Below, in pieces: positions 1 through 9,245 of a stretch of DNA of 32,000 nt. This stretch comes from Microbacterium phage Pajaza. The number at the start of each line of letters is the position of its first letter. Positions within the stretch are counted from its first letter, which is position 1. Under the pieces are notes generated by a model. The model saw nothing but the letters and a program-made list of their open reading frames with translations. It ran no database searches and was not told the origin of the DNA. Location: sequence record MG944216.1, one strand, 5' to 3'. Made by a program: the position numbers and the translations under genes.

Positions 1-324
1 GCCTCCCGATATGCCGAGGCCGCTGGCAACGTAGATTCTACCACCCAGAGGAACCTCAGTGCCCTCGCTCAGGTGGGGGTCGGTCTCGTCAAGGGTGAGA
101 TCCAGGCCATGCACGCTGTCGACACCGGAACGATGCTGAACAGCACCACTTCGGAGACGGTCAGCGCGACCGAGTACCTGATCGGACCGACGGTTGACTA
201 TGCCCCGTTCGTCGCCCTGGGAACGAGCCGGATGCCTGCCCGTCCCTTCCACATCACCGCAGCCAAGCAGCTCGGTGCCGAGGCAGCGAAGCTGGGCTTC
301 GGAGCGGACGACTTGGGGATCTGA
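1..324 (+). CDS. HK97 gp10-like / head-tail or tail completion protein (5' truncated by window edge)
   Basis: Frame open from base 1; C-terminus has 'VDYAPFVALGTSRMPARPF', typical of HK97 gp10-like proteins; located just before tail genes. Confidence 0.7.
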   Translation, partial: ASRYAEAAGNVDSTTQRNLSALAQVGVGLVKGEIQAMHAVDTGTMLNSTTSETVSATEYLIGPTVDYAPFVALGTSRMPARPFHITAAKQLGAEAAKLGFGADDLGI

Positions 325-326
325 TC

Positions 327-683
327 ATGGACATGAACACGCTCAGCGAGATGGTTCGGGACACCGGACTTCAGTGCTTCGTCGGGTATCCCCCTTCGAA
401 CGCGAAGGTGCCCTACGTCACCATCCGGCCTCTCGTCACCAACTACGAGGGGGAGCTGGCCATCAGCGGAGACGCTATCGGGTGGGATCACCAGGTCTCC
501 CTGTACTGCGCAGCAGGCAGCGTCGAGGCGAGCGATAACCTCGCCAAGATGGTTATGTCCGCCCTGGCTGGCAAACGCGCTGGAGACAGCGTGCTGGCCG
601 TGTCCATGGGGTATGCAGGTGCCCCGGTCGAAGGGCACTATGAGACCCAAGTTACAGCCCAAGCACACCAAGGAGGAATCTGA
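327..683 (+). CDS. Putative tail terminator / minor head-tail protein
   Basis: 118-aa ORF in the position of a tail terminator, between gp10-like and major tail protein genes. Confidence 0.55.
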   Translation: MDMNTLSEMVRDTGLQCFVGYPPSNAKVPYVTIRPLVTNYEGELAISGDAIGWDHQVSLYCAAGSVEASDNLAKMVMSALAGKRAGDSVLAVSMGYAGAPVEGHYETQVTAQAHQGGI

Positions 684-898
684 TGGCTGGAATCGTAGTA
701 GAACACAAGGACAACGGGATGAGGTTCGCCCTCTCGGAGAAGAACTTCAACCCGAAGGTCCACAAGAAGGTTCGCGACCTGAAGCCGGGGGAGACCGTGC
801 TCGGGTATCGTCCGCGCCGGATGAACCGTAAGGACACCCCGGCCACACCGACCACGACCGAGGGGTCAGCACCTGCTGGCACCAAGGAAGCCAAGTAA
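683..898 (+). CDS. Hypothetical structural-module protein
   Basis: 71-aa ORF overlapping the upstream stop, co-directional, no overlap with other likely genes. Confidence 0.5.
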   Translation: MAGIVVEHKDNGMRFALSEKNFNPKVHKKVRDLKPGETVLGYRPRRMNRKDTPATPTTTEGSAPAGTKEAK

Positions 899-912
899 GA
901 AAGGAACCGACC

Positions 913-1413
913 ATGGCTATCACCCAGTGGGCACCCTCGACTCAGATCAGTCGGGGCAACATCTCTGTCGGCGTCGCTCCGGCGATCGAAGACATCAACT
1001 CCCCGCAGCTCTCCGAGCTGAGCACGGGCACCGGCCTCGACTGCGCCATCCAGACCTTCAACGGAACTTCGGAGACCGACTCCGAGGCCGTCGACTGGCT
1101 CTGCGACCCGGCCAGCGAGCAGATCCCCGGCTCCACCACACACACCATCGATGACCTGGTCATCAAGGGCACGGGTCAGGATGACGACGACCTGATCGAC
1201 AGCCTCTCCGTGGGCGACACGATCTACATCTGGCGTCGTGACGGCATCGAACACTCCGAGGCTCTGGCAGCTTCCCAGAAGGTCTGGGTCTGGAAGGTCG
1301 TCGTCACTTCGATCGATCCGCTGGAGGCGAACAACACCTTCATCGGCATCACCGCACACATCACCGTCCTGGCTCGCTCGGCAACTGCCGTGGCGATCGG
1401 CTCGGGCGAATAA
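913..1413 (+). CDS. Major tail protein
   Basis: 166-aa ORF with good RBS, immediately upstream of chaperone pair and tape measure gene. Confidence 0.65.
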   Translation: MAITQWAPSTQISRGNISVGVAPAIEDINSPQLSELSTGTGLDCAIQTFNGTSETDSEAVDWLCDPASEQIPGSTTHTIDDLVIKGTGQDDDDLIDSLSVGDTIYIWRRDGIEHSEALAASQKVWVWKVVVTSIDPLEANNTFIGITAHITVLARSATAVAIGSGE

Positions 1414-1436
1414 CCCAAGACAGGTAGGAGAACGCC

Positions 1437-1967
1437 ATGTCATTCAACAGTTACGAAGAGCTCATGCAGGCGGTGGAGGAGCGTCGCTCCGACACCCTCG
1501 TCCTGGAGATCGATCTCGGTGCCAAGTACTCTCAGGAGCACGAGGACGCCAAGAAGGAACTCCAGCAGGCCAAGGCACTCAAGACCCTGACGGGCAACCA
1601 GGACTTCCTCTCGGATAACCTGGCCGCTCTCGAGGCTCGTGTGGCCGAGACCAAGCCTGAGGCACGACCGGTCTGGATCAAGTTCAGCCGCCTTCGCCTC
1701 GGGGAGTGGGCTGCTCTCACCAAGCAGACCGGCATGACCCCGGTGGATCAGTACGAGAAGGTGCTCCCGAAGACCTTCATCGGTGTCTATGGCTCCGATG
1801 CGGACGACGCTGAGCCGCTCTCCACTGACCACTGGCTTCTCAGCTCGAAGGGTGACAAGGGCATCCTGCCGGGAGGCTCCCTCCACCAGGTGATCCAGGC
1901 GTTCATGTCCTGGCAGAACTCTGGGGGAGATGTGGCCATCCGCCCTACGAAGTCGGGCCAAGACTAG
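1437..1967 (+). CDS. Tail assembly chaperone (G-like)
   Basis: 176-aa ORF between major tail protein and tape measure; overlapping -1 frame is open to 2359. Confidence 0.75.
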   Translation: MSFNSYEELMQAVEERRSDTLVLEIDLGAKYSQEHEDAKKELQQAKALKTLTGNQDFLSDNLAALEARVAETKPEARPVWIKFSRLRLGEWAALTKQTGMTPVDQYEKVLPKTFIGVYGSDADDAEPLSTDHWLLSSKGDKGILPGGSLHQVIQAFMSWQNSGGDVAIRPTKSGQD

Positions 1968-1981
1968 CACTTCTGCTTGAC

Positions 1982-2359
1982 TTGGCTCTGGAGTCGGGAC
2001 GACCCCCGCTTCGCCTCCTTGACGAGGGAAGTCCCGACTCCTGGTCGGAGGTAGACCTTGAGGTTCTATCTCAGTGGCGTCACATGAAGGAGGTCAAGTG
2101 CCCCGGCTGCGGGCGACCCCTCAGCCAGCACTTGTACAACTCAAGATTGGGTCGGGAAGAGACGCCGGAAGACTATATGGCCTATTCCCTTGACTGCCCC
2201 GCGATGCAGGCTATCGCCGGAGGTCAGGATATGTGGAGGAACGCCAACAAGTCAGCCATTGACGCTCACAACAAGGGCAATGGTCCCGACCCTGGGATGG
2301 GGATCTACTGGCTTAGCCAGGGTGAAGGGGAAGCTCTCCCCACCCCGGAGAAAGCCTAA
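1982..2359 (+). CDS. Tail assembly chaperone (T-like), probably made as a -1 frameshift extension of 1437..1967
   Basis: Lies in the -1 frame relative to 1437..1967, which is open from about 1619 through 2359; contains 'VKCPGCGRPLSQH' Zn-binding-like motif; precedes tape measure. Confidence 0.65.
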   Translation: MALESGRPPLRLLDEGSPDSWSEVDLEVLSQWRHMKEVKCPGCGRPLSQHLYNSRLGREETPEDYMAYSLDCPAMQAIAGGQDMWRNANKSAIDAHNKGNGPDPGMGIYWLSQGEGEALPTPEKA

Positions 2360-2377
2360 GCAAGAAAGGAGAATGGC

Positions 2378-4771
2378 ATGGCTGATAACGATGTCCGGAT
2401 CAAGCTCACGCTTGACGGTGCTGATCAGGTCCAGAGCGGCCTGGCCGGTGTCGGGGACGGTGCCAGTGAAGCCAACTCCAAGCTGGGCGGACTCGTAGGC
2501 AAGGGTCTCAAGGGTGCCGGGAAGGCACTCGTGGGATTCGCTGGGGCAGCGGTCGCTGCTGGTGGGGCACTCTCCGCTGGTGTGATCAGCGCCTATGCGG
2601 ACTATGAGCAGAACGTCGGCGGCATCGAGACCCTCTTCGGGGAGTCTGCTGACCGCATGATGAAGTACGCCTCGGACGCGTACAAGACCGCTGGCCTCAG
2701 CGCCAACGAATACATGGAGCAGGCCACATCGTTCGCCGCGTCCCTGACGGGGAGCCTCGGTGACGGTGAGGACGCTGCCAAGGCCGCGAACGACATCATG
2801 GTTGCGATGTCGGACAACGCCAACAAGATGGGCACCGACATTGGTTCCATCCAGAACGCCTATCAGGGCTTCGCCAAGCAGAACTACACGATGCTTGACA
2901 ACCTGAAGCTCGGGTATGGCGGAACCCAGGCCGAGATGCAGCGCCTCCTGGACGACGCTGAGAAGCTCCCCGCTGCCATGGGGCAGGAGTTCGACATCAG
3001 CAACTTCGCTGACGTCAGCAAGGCCATCCAGCTCATCCAGGAAGACATGGGTATCGCCGGTACAACGGCGAAGGAAGCCACCGAGACCATCTCTGGTTCG
3101 GTCGGCATGCTCAAGGGTGCCTGGTCTAACCTGCTGGTCGGCCTGGGCGATGCAGACTCCGACATCGGGGCACTCGCCGAGAACGTGGTCGAGTCTCTTC
3201 AGTACGTCCTGCAGAACGTTGGTCCGGTCATCGAGAACATCGGTGCCAACATCGGTAAGCTCGGACCGCAGCTGGGCGACATCGCCGGTACGCTGGTGGA
3301 GTCTATCAGCGGTGCCCTCCCGGGCATCCTTGAGGCTGGTGTGGCCTTGGTCGGAGGTCTGGTTGAGGGGGTCAGCTCGGCGCTGCCTAGCCTGATCACG
3401 GCCATCGTCCCGGCGATCACTGGCCTGGTCGAGATGGTCGCTACTCAGGCTCCTCTCCTGCTGGACGCTGGCCTTCAGGCGGTCACGGCTCTCGCTACCG
3501 GAATCGCCGAGGCTCTCCCCACTCTGATCCCGATCATGATCGAGGGTATCCTCGGCCTGGTACAGGCGATCATTGACAACCTCCCGATGATGCTGGACGC
3601 TGCTCTCCAGCTCATTCAGGGTCTCGCCGAGGGTCTCATCGCTGCGATGCCGATCCTCATTGAGCAGCTCCCGATCCTGATCCAGGGTCTGGTCAACTTC
3701 TTCATCGGGGCAGTACCCCAGATCATCCAGGTCGGTCTCCAGCTCCTGACAAGCATCGTCGGCGCTCTGCCGGAGATCATCACCCAGATCGTTGCTGTCC
3801 TCCCTCAGATCATCACGTCGGTCATCACGGCGATCCTCGGGGCGATCCCCCAGCTGATTCAGGCCGGCATCCAGCTCCTGACCAGCCTGGTCTCGGCTCT
3901 CCCGGAGATCATCACCACTATCGTCGCCGCTCTCCCGGAGATCATCACTTCGGTGCTGGATGCGGTGATCGGTAGCATCCCCCAGATCATTGATGCTGGT
4001 ATTGAGCTCTTCATCGCTCTGATCGGTGCCCTCCCCCAGATCATCAACACGATCGTGGGAGCCATCCCTCAGATCATCGGTGGTGTGGTGAACGGGGTCA
4101 TCGGTGCTATCCCTCAGCTCATCCAGGCTGGTGTCCAGCTGCTGACGAGCCTCGTCACGAACCTCCCCCAGATCATCGGCAAGGTGGTCGGGGCGATCCC
4201 CCAGATCATCGGTGGCATCGTCGGTGCCATTGGCAACGGTGCCGGGCAGATCGTTCAGGCCGGATACAACCTGATCTCCGGCATGTGGGAGGGTATCAGT
4301 AACGCTGGCTCCTGGCTGTACGACAAGGTCATGGGCTGGGCTGGTGGCCTGCTCGACGGGGTCAAGTCCTTCTTTGGAATCCACTCCCCGTCTCGGGTCT
4401 TCCGGGATGAGATCGGTAAGATGCTCCCGGCTGGTCTGGGCGAGGGTGTCGACGAGGGAACCCCCGTTGCAGAGAAGTCCGTCAAGGACATGAACAAGGC
4501 GATCTTCAAGGAAGCCTCGGACATCCCCCCGCTGACCGTCACCCAGGACGTGGTTCAGCAGGCCACTGCCCTGGCCACACCGACCTTCGCCCCGATGGCC
4601 GCGACCCCCACCGCGATAGCACCTGCTGGTGGGCAGAACATCGCTATCAGTGGGCCTCTGGTGAGTGTGGCCAGCATGCAGGTTCGCAACGACCAGGACA
4701 TCCGTCGCCTGTCCACCCAGCTCCGGACTGACATGAACCGTGAGCTGCGAGCGCAAGGAGTTCTCGTATGA
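2378..4771 (+). CDS. Tape measure protein
   Basis: 797-aa protein, largest tail-module ORF, long hydrophobic repetitive core ('PQIIQAGIQLLTSLVSALPEIITTIVAALPEII'). Confidence 0.95.
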   Translation: MADNDVRIKLTLDGADQVQSGLAGVGDGASEANSKLGGLVGKGLKGAGKALVGFAGAAVAAGGALSAGVISAYADYEQNVGGIETLFGESADRMMKYASDAYKTAGLSANEYMEQATSFAASLTGSLGDGEDAAKAANDIMVAMSDNANKMGTDIGSIQNAYQGFAKQNYTMLDNLKLGYGGTQAEMQRLLDDAEKLPAAMGQEFDISNFADVSKAIQLIQEDMGIAGTTAKEATETISGSVGMLKGAWSNLLVGLGDADSDIGALAENVVESLQYVLQNVGPVIENIGANIGKLGPQLGDIAGTLVESISGALPGILEAGVALVGGLVEGVSSALPSLITAIVPAITGLVEMVATQAPLLLDAGLQAVTALATGIAEALPTLIPIMIEGILGLVQAIIDNLPMMLDAALQLIQGLAEGLIAAMPILIEQLPILIQGLVNFFIGAVPQIIQVGLQLLTSIVGALPEIITQIVAVLPQIITSVITAILGAIPQLIQAGIQLLTSLVSALPEIITTIVAALPEIITSVLDAVIGSIPQIIDAGIELFIALIGALPQIINTIVGAIPQIIGGVVNGVIGAIPQLIQAGVQLLTSLVTNLPQIIGKVVGAIPQIIGGIVGAIGNGAGQIVQAGYNLISGMWEGISNAGSWLYDKVMGWAGGLLDGVKSFFGIHSPSRVFRDEIGKMLPAGLGEGVDEGTPVAEKSVKDMNKAIFKEASDIPPLTVTQDVVQQATALATPTFAPMAATPTAIAPAGGQNIAISGPLVSVASMQVRNDQDIRRLSTQLRTDMNRELRAQGVLV

Positions 4772-5547
4772 GTTTCAAGATTGGTTCCTTCGACTCCGAC
4801 TCGATTGAAGGCTTCAAGGCCATCCTCGACTCGTGGCCGGTACTCCCGGTCGAACTCCAGCTGGATGAACTCCCCGCTGGAGACGGGTCGCTGTACTACG
4901 CCTCCCGCATGACGGAGACGGAGTGGAAGTTCAACCTGGAGCTGACGGGAAGTAGCCTGACTGACGTCCTCGCCAAGGCGGACGCCATCTCGGCCGCGCT
5001 CAACCCGAAGCTCCGGGGTGGCCTTGAGGACTTCACCCCCAACCCTCTTGAGGGGTGGACCTGGCAGGGCATCCTCGGGGACACCATCGAGTGGGAGCGG
5101 GACAAGGTGCTGTGGTTCAGCGAGCAGGGTGTCTCCAGGCTCTCTGGCACGCTGGTGGTGGTAACACCTAACCCACATGGCTACGTTATCTCGCCTGCGG
5201 AGACGCTGGCGACGGCAGGGGCGATGTCTCTCCCCAACACAGGCAACACTCAGTCGTATCCCACGGTCGAATTCCGTGGAGTTCTGAACTCTGCTCAGTA
5301 CCTGTCGTTCGGTGGGGTGCGGATCTATGGACCGCTGACCTCAGCTCAGACTCTCGTCGCTGACTTCGAGAACCTTGAGTTCTTCATCAAGACGACGTCC
5401 TCCGGGGCGAAGGTGGCCAACATCGCCGACCGCCTTGAGAACTTCAACCGACTCCCAATCTCCCCTGGTGGCCGCTCGTTCGCAGTGAGTGTGTCCGGGG
5501 GAACCTTCACCCAGGCCGTTGGCCGTGTCAACTCCAGGAGGATCTGA
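4768..5547 (+). CDS. Distal tail protein (Dit-like) minor tail protein
   Basis: 259-aa ORF with 4-bp overlap (ATGA) directly after the tape measure gene; synteny and length. Confidence 0.7.
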   Translation: MSFKIGSFDSDSIEGFKAILDSWPVLPVELQLDELPAGDGSLYYASRMTETEWKFNLELTGSSLTDVLAKADAISAALNPKLRGGLEDFTPNPLEGWTWQGILGDTIEWERDKVLWFSEQGVSRLSGTLVVVTPNPHGYVISPAETLATAGAMSLPNTGNTQSYPTVEFRGVLNSAQYLSFGGVRIYGPLTSAQTLVADFENLEFFIKTTSSGAKVANIADRLENFNRLPISPGGRSFAVSVSGGTFTQAVGRVNSRRI

Positions 5548-7973
5548 TGGCTGAGTACAGTCGCGTCACGTCCCGTGGTGACTGGACGGGTGAGTGGGAT
5601 CCGAGTGCCGTCACCCAGGCTCTGCTGCGGATGGACACGTTCGCTGGGTCTGGTGACCCTCGTGACACCCCTGACTCCTCCGGTCGGGGTCGCACTGCCT
5701 ATGTAGTCAACTACGAGGGCACCGACGCTCGTCCTCGTGCGACGCGCTGGGGCACCGGCCTCCAGATGAACTACAACACCATCGCCGACGAGACGTACAT
5801 CCGCGTCGAGAACGACGGTAGCCTGTTCCCCAGCTCGGGCAGCATGATGGCTGGCGTCTGGGTCAAGTTCGAAGACCAGCAGCGCCAGTGGAACCCGATC
5901 ATCAGCACTCGTGGCACCCCTGGGCAGAACCCCTTGTTCCACCTGGTGGTCAACTACAGCGCGAGCGGATACCTGGTCAACTATCGGTTCTACAACGAGT
6001 CCGGTGGGGAGCTGGTCAACGACTACCTGACCACCTATGAGCTGGACCCGGACACGTGGTACTGGATCGGGTGCCAGATGGACCTCACCCTGGGCACGTA
6101 CTCCGTGTTCGTGGTGAACCTTGACGGCACCTATGGCTCCACGAGTGGTGTGGCCTCGGGACTGAACCCCAACTGCCGTGCGCACCTGGACTTTGGGTTC
6201 CAGACGGGATACTGGACCCCCGGAACCTTCGACGAGGCTATCCTCGTTGCCCCGTTCACTGGGAACGCTGGCGAGTGGATGCGTCGCTCGGCTCTGGCCG
6301 ATGGTGCCCTGGAGGAGACTGCAGCAGACACCACAACGGTCGATGGGCGTATCGCTCCCCGGTCTACGGCAACGCTTCCTGTGGTCGCTCACACTCGTGC
6401 AGTGCACGGCCAGTGGGGCACCGACACTCCCCAGATCACCCTCAATGGTCAGGGTGCGACGGTTCGTTACCGTACCAGCAACAACCTGTCTTCCTGGTCG
6501 GCGTGGAAGAACGCCAGCCAGATCGCGACCGAGCCGAACGCGGCATGGATCCAGTACGAGGTCACCCTCACCGACGAGGACTCGTACCTGGATGACATCC
6601 TGCTGTCTACGGCTCCCCCGCCCACCCCTCCCCTGCCGAAGGAGCTGCCGGTCGAGCCGTTCTCCCTCGACCCGTTGCTCATCGTCCCCAGCGGGGGAGG
6701 GGTGCTTCTTCAGGACACGCTGCTTGAGTGCAAGACGCTCGACACATCGTCCAACGAGAGCACCCTAACGTTCGTCCTGAGCCTGGCTGACCCCAAGGCC
6801 ACACGGATCGAGCCGGAGATGCCCGTCTACTTCAAGGGTCGGCACTATGTGGCCAGGTCCATCACGACGACTCGTCAGGGACTCGAGCACCACGTAGAAG
6901 TCTACTGTGAGCGACTCTGGTACAACCTGCTGTTCGCGGGTCAGATTGACGCTCAGACCTGGACGACCAACGCCTTCGACGCTATCAGCTCCGTCCTGGC
7001 TGGGACTGACTGGTACGTTGGGCAGGTAGACCCGACTCAGGTTCTTGGCTGGGAGAATGACTCCGCCACGGTTCTGGGTGTCCTCAAGCAGATCGCCTCC
7101 GTCTACGGAGGTGACCTTGTCTTTGACGACAAGAACAAGTTCGTCCACCTGCTTGACCAGGGTGGCCGAGACCGGGGCACATACTTCACATACGAGAAGG
7201 GTGTCAAGTCCGCCACCAAGCGTGAGGACACCACCAACCTGGTGACCCGGCTCTATGGCCGCAACGAAGAAGGCCTCACCATCGCTCCCGCCAACAACGG
7301 GGTGCCCTACATTGAGGACTTCACCTGGACCAACGAGGTTCGCGAGAGCACGTACGACTTCAAGTCCGGGATGACCCCCCAGGCGATGATGCGCTTCCTG
7401 ACGGCCTTCCTCGCCGACCGGGCGAAGCCGACCCTCTCGTACGAGTACACCGTCGGTGGCCTCGGAGACCGTGTTGACGAGATCGACCGCTTCGAGGTTC
7501 TGGACGTGGTCTTCATCATGGACGAGGACTATAGCCAGTCTGTCAAGAACCGTATCGTTCAGCTCGAGATTGACTGGGTCGACCTCCGCAAGAGCAAGAT
7601 CACCCTGGCTAACAAGCTCCGCTCCCTGGCCTCGTCGGAAGACAGTACCGACCCCGGTGCCCTGACGACCGGTCAGCAGATAGACACTCGTGACATCAAT
7701 CCCTTCAACCTGCTGCTGAACAGCCGCGCCGACAATGGAATGGCGCACTGGGCAGGGGACAACGTGTCCGTCGTCGAGGGTGGCGCCACTGGCCGCTACT
7801 CCTTCGCATTCGGGGCGAGCGGTGGCTCCCTGGAGCAGACCGTCTCCGCTGACAACCGTTCCAACTTCGTCTTCTCCGCTGAGGTTGACGCTCCGCAGGA
7901 AGCCAAGATGACCATCGAGGTCACCTTCCAGTACACGGACGGCACCACCGAGACCCAGACCTTGGAGCTGTGA
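5547..7973 (+). CDS. Minor tail protein with N-terminal LamG/concanavalin-like region and Gp37-like tail domain
   Basis: 808 aa; LamG-like pattern (LYYAS.. 'MMAGVWVKFEDQQRQWNPIISTRG'... 'DPDTWYWIGCQMDL'); central 'GVLLQDTLLECKTLDTSSNESTLTFVLSL' resembles siphovirus ReqiPepy6 Gp37-like proteins. Confidence 0.7.
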   Translation: MAEYSRVTSRGDWTGEWDPSAVTQALLRMDTFAGSGDPRDTPDSSGRGRTAYVVNYEGTDARPRATRWGTGLQMNYNTIADETYIRVENDGSLFPSSGSMMAGVWVKFEDQQRQWNPIISTRGTPGQNPLFHLVVNYSASGYLVNYRFYNESGGELVNDYLTTYELDPDTWYWIGCQMDLTLGTYSVFVVNLDGTYGSTSGVASGLNPNCRAHLDFGFQTGYWTPGTFDEAILVAPFTGNAGEWMRRSALADGALEETAADTTTVDGRIAPRSTATLPVVAHTRAVHGQWGTDTPQITLNGQGATVRYRTSNNLSSWSAWKNASQIATEPNAAWIQYEVTLTDEDSYLDDILLSTAPPPTPPLPKELPVEPFSLDPLLIVPSGGGVLLQDTLLECKTLDTSSNESTLTFVLSLADPKATRIEPEMPVYFKGRHYVARSITTTRQGLEHHVEVYCERLWYNLLFAGQIDAQTWTTNAFDAISSVLAGTDWYVGQVDPTQVLGWENDSATVLGVLKQIASVYGGDLVFDDKNKFVHLLDQGGRDRGTYFTYEKGVKSATKREDTTNLVTRLYGRNEEGLTIAPANNGVPYIEDFTWTNEVRESTYDFKSGMTPQAMMRFLTAFLADRAKPTLSYEYTVGGLGDRVDEIDRFEVLDVVFIMDEDYSQSVKNRIVQLEIDWVDLRKSKITLANKLRSLASSEDSTDPGALTTGQQIDTRDINPFNLLLNSRADNGMAHWAGDNVSVVEGGATGRYSFAFGASGGSLEQTVSADNRSNFVFSAEVDAPQEAKMTIEVTFQYTDGTTETQTLEL

Positions 7974-7974
7974 T

Positions 7975-8163
7975 ATGCCTATCCGACGTGTCCAGGTTGA
8001 CAACCCCAGCTCCTTCAAGCAGACCCTCACCATCAAGGTCAAGGTCAGCACCGAAGACGAAGACGTGGAGGTCACCGACCTCATCCTCCAGGCGGGAACC
8101 GTCGGGACGGGGTGGGTGCCCAACGTGACCGAGATGCCCTGGACGACTGGGGTGGTGAGTTAG
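7975..8163 (+). CDS. Small minor tail-module protein
   Basis: 62-aa ORF tightly packed between tail genes. Confidence 0.5.
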   Translation: MPIRRVQVDNPSSFKQTLTIKVKVSTEDEDVEVTDLILQAGTVGTGWVPNVTEMPWTTGVVS

Positions 8164-8760
8164 ATGGCCTTCGTACGCACCTTCGGCACGCTGACCCCTT
8201 CCAAGCCGGTGGATGGTGTGGCCGTTGCCATCAAGACCGAGGGCGAAGCCAAGGTCACTGACGTTCAGCTCGTGGCCGGGAGTAGCCTGTTCAGCTGGTC
8301 TCCTCAGGTGAGTGACCTCCACCTGAAGGAGACGAAGACATGGCGATTCATGAACGGCATCATCCAGTCGGACTACGCCACCTGGGTCATCGCTGACGAA
8401 GACCAGGCTTCCCCGTACTGGGGGATCATCGACCCGGTCATGCCGCAGAACGTTCGCTGGGGCATGGTCGACATGGGTCAGATCTCCAGCCGTGAGGAGC
8501 TCAATGGCCTGGAGTACACGACGACCGCCGGAGCCGGGGTCACGCCACACCACACGGCTCGCTCCGACCAGCGACTCGACATCTCGACCGATGGGCACAT
8601 GTCCGTCGTCATCGGCATCAAGGGAATCTTCGAGAACCCTGGGGATTCCCCCCGCACCGACCTCGGGACAGTGACTGAGGCTCACCCGGACGGCTGGGCT
8701 GGGGTCTGGGGCTGGCACCCCAACTGGACCGATGTCCTGACTAACCATGGAGGATGGTAG
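8164..8760 (+). CDS. Minor tail protein
   Basis: 198-aa ORF, abuts preceding gene; tail-fibre region. Confidence 0.6.
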   Translation: MAFVRTFGTLTPSKPVDGVAVAIKTEGEAKVTDVQLVAGSSLFSWSPQVSDLHLKETKTWRFMNGIIQSDYATWVIADEDQASPYWGIIDPVMPQNVRWGMVDMGQISSREELNGLEYTTTAGAGVTPHHTARSDQRLDISTDGHMSVVIGIKGIFENPGDSPRTDLGTVTEAHPDGWAGVWGWHPNWTDVLTNHGGW

Positions 8761-8762
8761 AA

Positions 8763-9245
8763 ATGCCTCTGGAGACACCCCCGACCCCCGAGTATGGACC
8801 GGACACGTTCACCGACCTGGCTGAGCTTGCCCGGATCCTCCTCGCCAACGATGAGTTCGTCCTCTCCCAGTCCGGCGGAGGCGGTGGTGGAGTGGAGATC
8901 GTGAGCGAGGCTATTAGCCTTGCCACCAACTACGGCAACAACAGCTCCTACGTCTCCCCGACGGCTGTCAAGGTCGGCACCCTGGCCAGCCTGGAGGGTG
9001 GGGTGTTGAACTGCCCTACGTCGTTCAGCGCCTCGGTCTACTACCAGTGGGGAACCCTCCCCGAAGGGTACGAGCCTACCGACGGCAAGCACCGCATGGC
9101 TCCCGGAGCCATCTACGCCCACGATCACATCGTCCCCGCCCAATTCCGGGTGAACGCCAACGGGAACCTCGAGTTCCTGTCCGCCGAGGCTATCCCCCAG
9201 GCGACATACCTGATCATCCCACACATGAACTGGAGGGTTGACTGA
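8763..9245 (+). CDS. Minor tail protein (beta-rich, Gly-rich linker)
   Basis: ORF listed from 8754; ATG at 8763 has better spacing from GGAGG. Glycine-rich 'SGGGGGGVE' linker. Confidence 0.6.
   Translation: MPLETPPTPEYGPDTFTDLAELARILLANDEFVLSQSGGGGGGVEIVSEAISLATNYGNNSSYVSPTAVKVGTLASLEGGVLNCPTSFSASVYYQWGTLPEGYEPTDGKHRMAPGAIYAHDHIVPAQFRVNANGNLEFLSAEAIPQATYLIIPHMNWRVD

Noticed and set aside
3400-4270. Repeats considered as CRISPR or mobile element repeats
   Set aside because: Diverged coding repeats inside the tape measure gene in frame; no spacer pattern.
2252-4756. 834-aa antisense ORF opposite the tape measure gene
   Set aside because: Mirror ORF typical of high-GC repetitive coding DNA; complete overlap with a confidently identified gene and no RBS/operon context.
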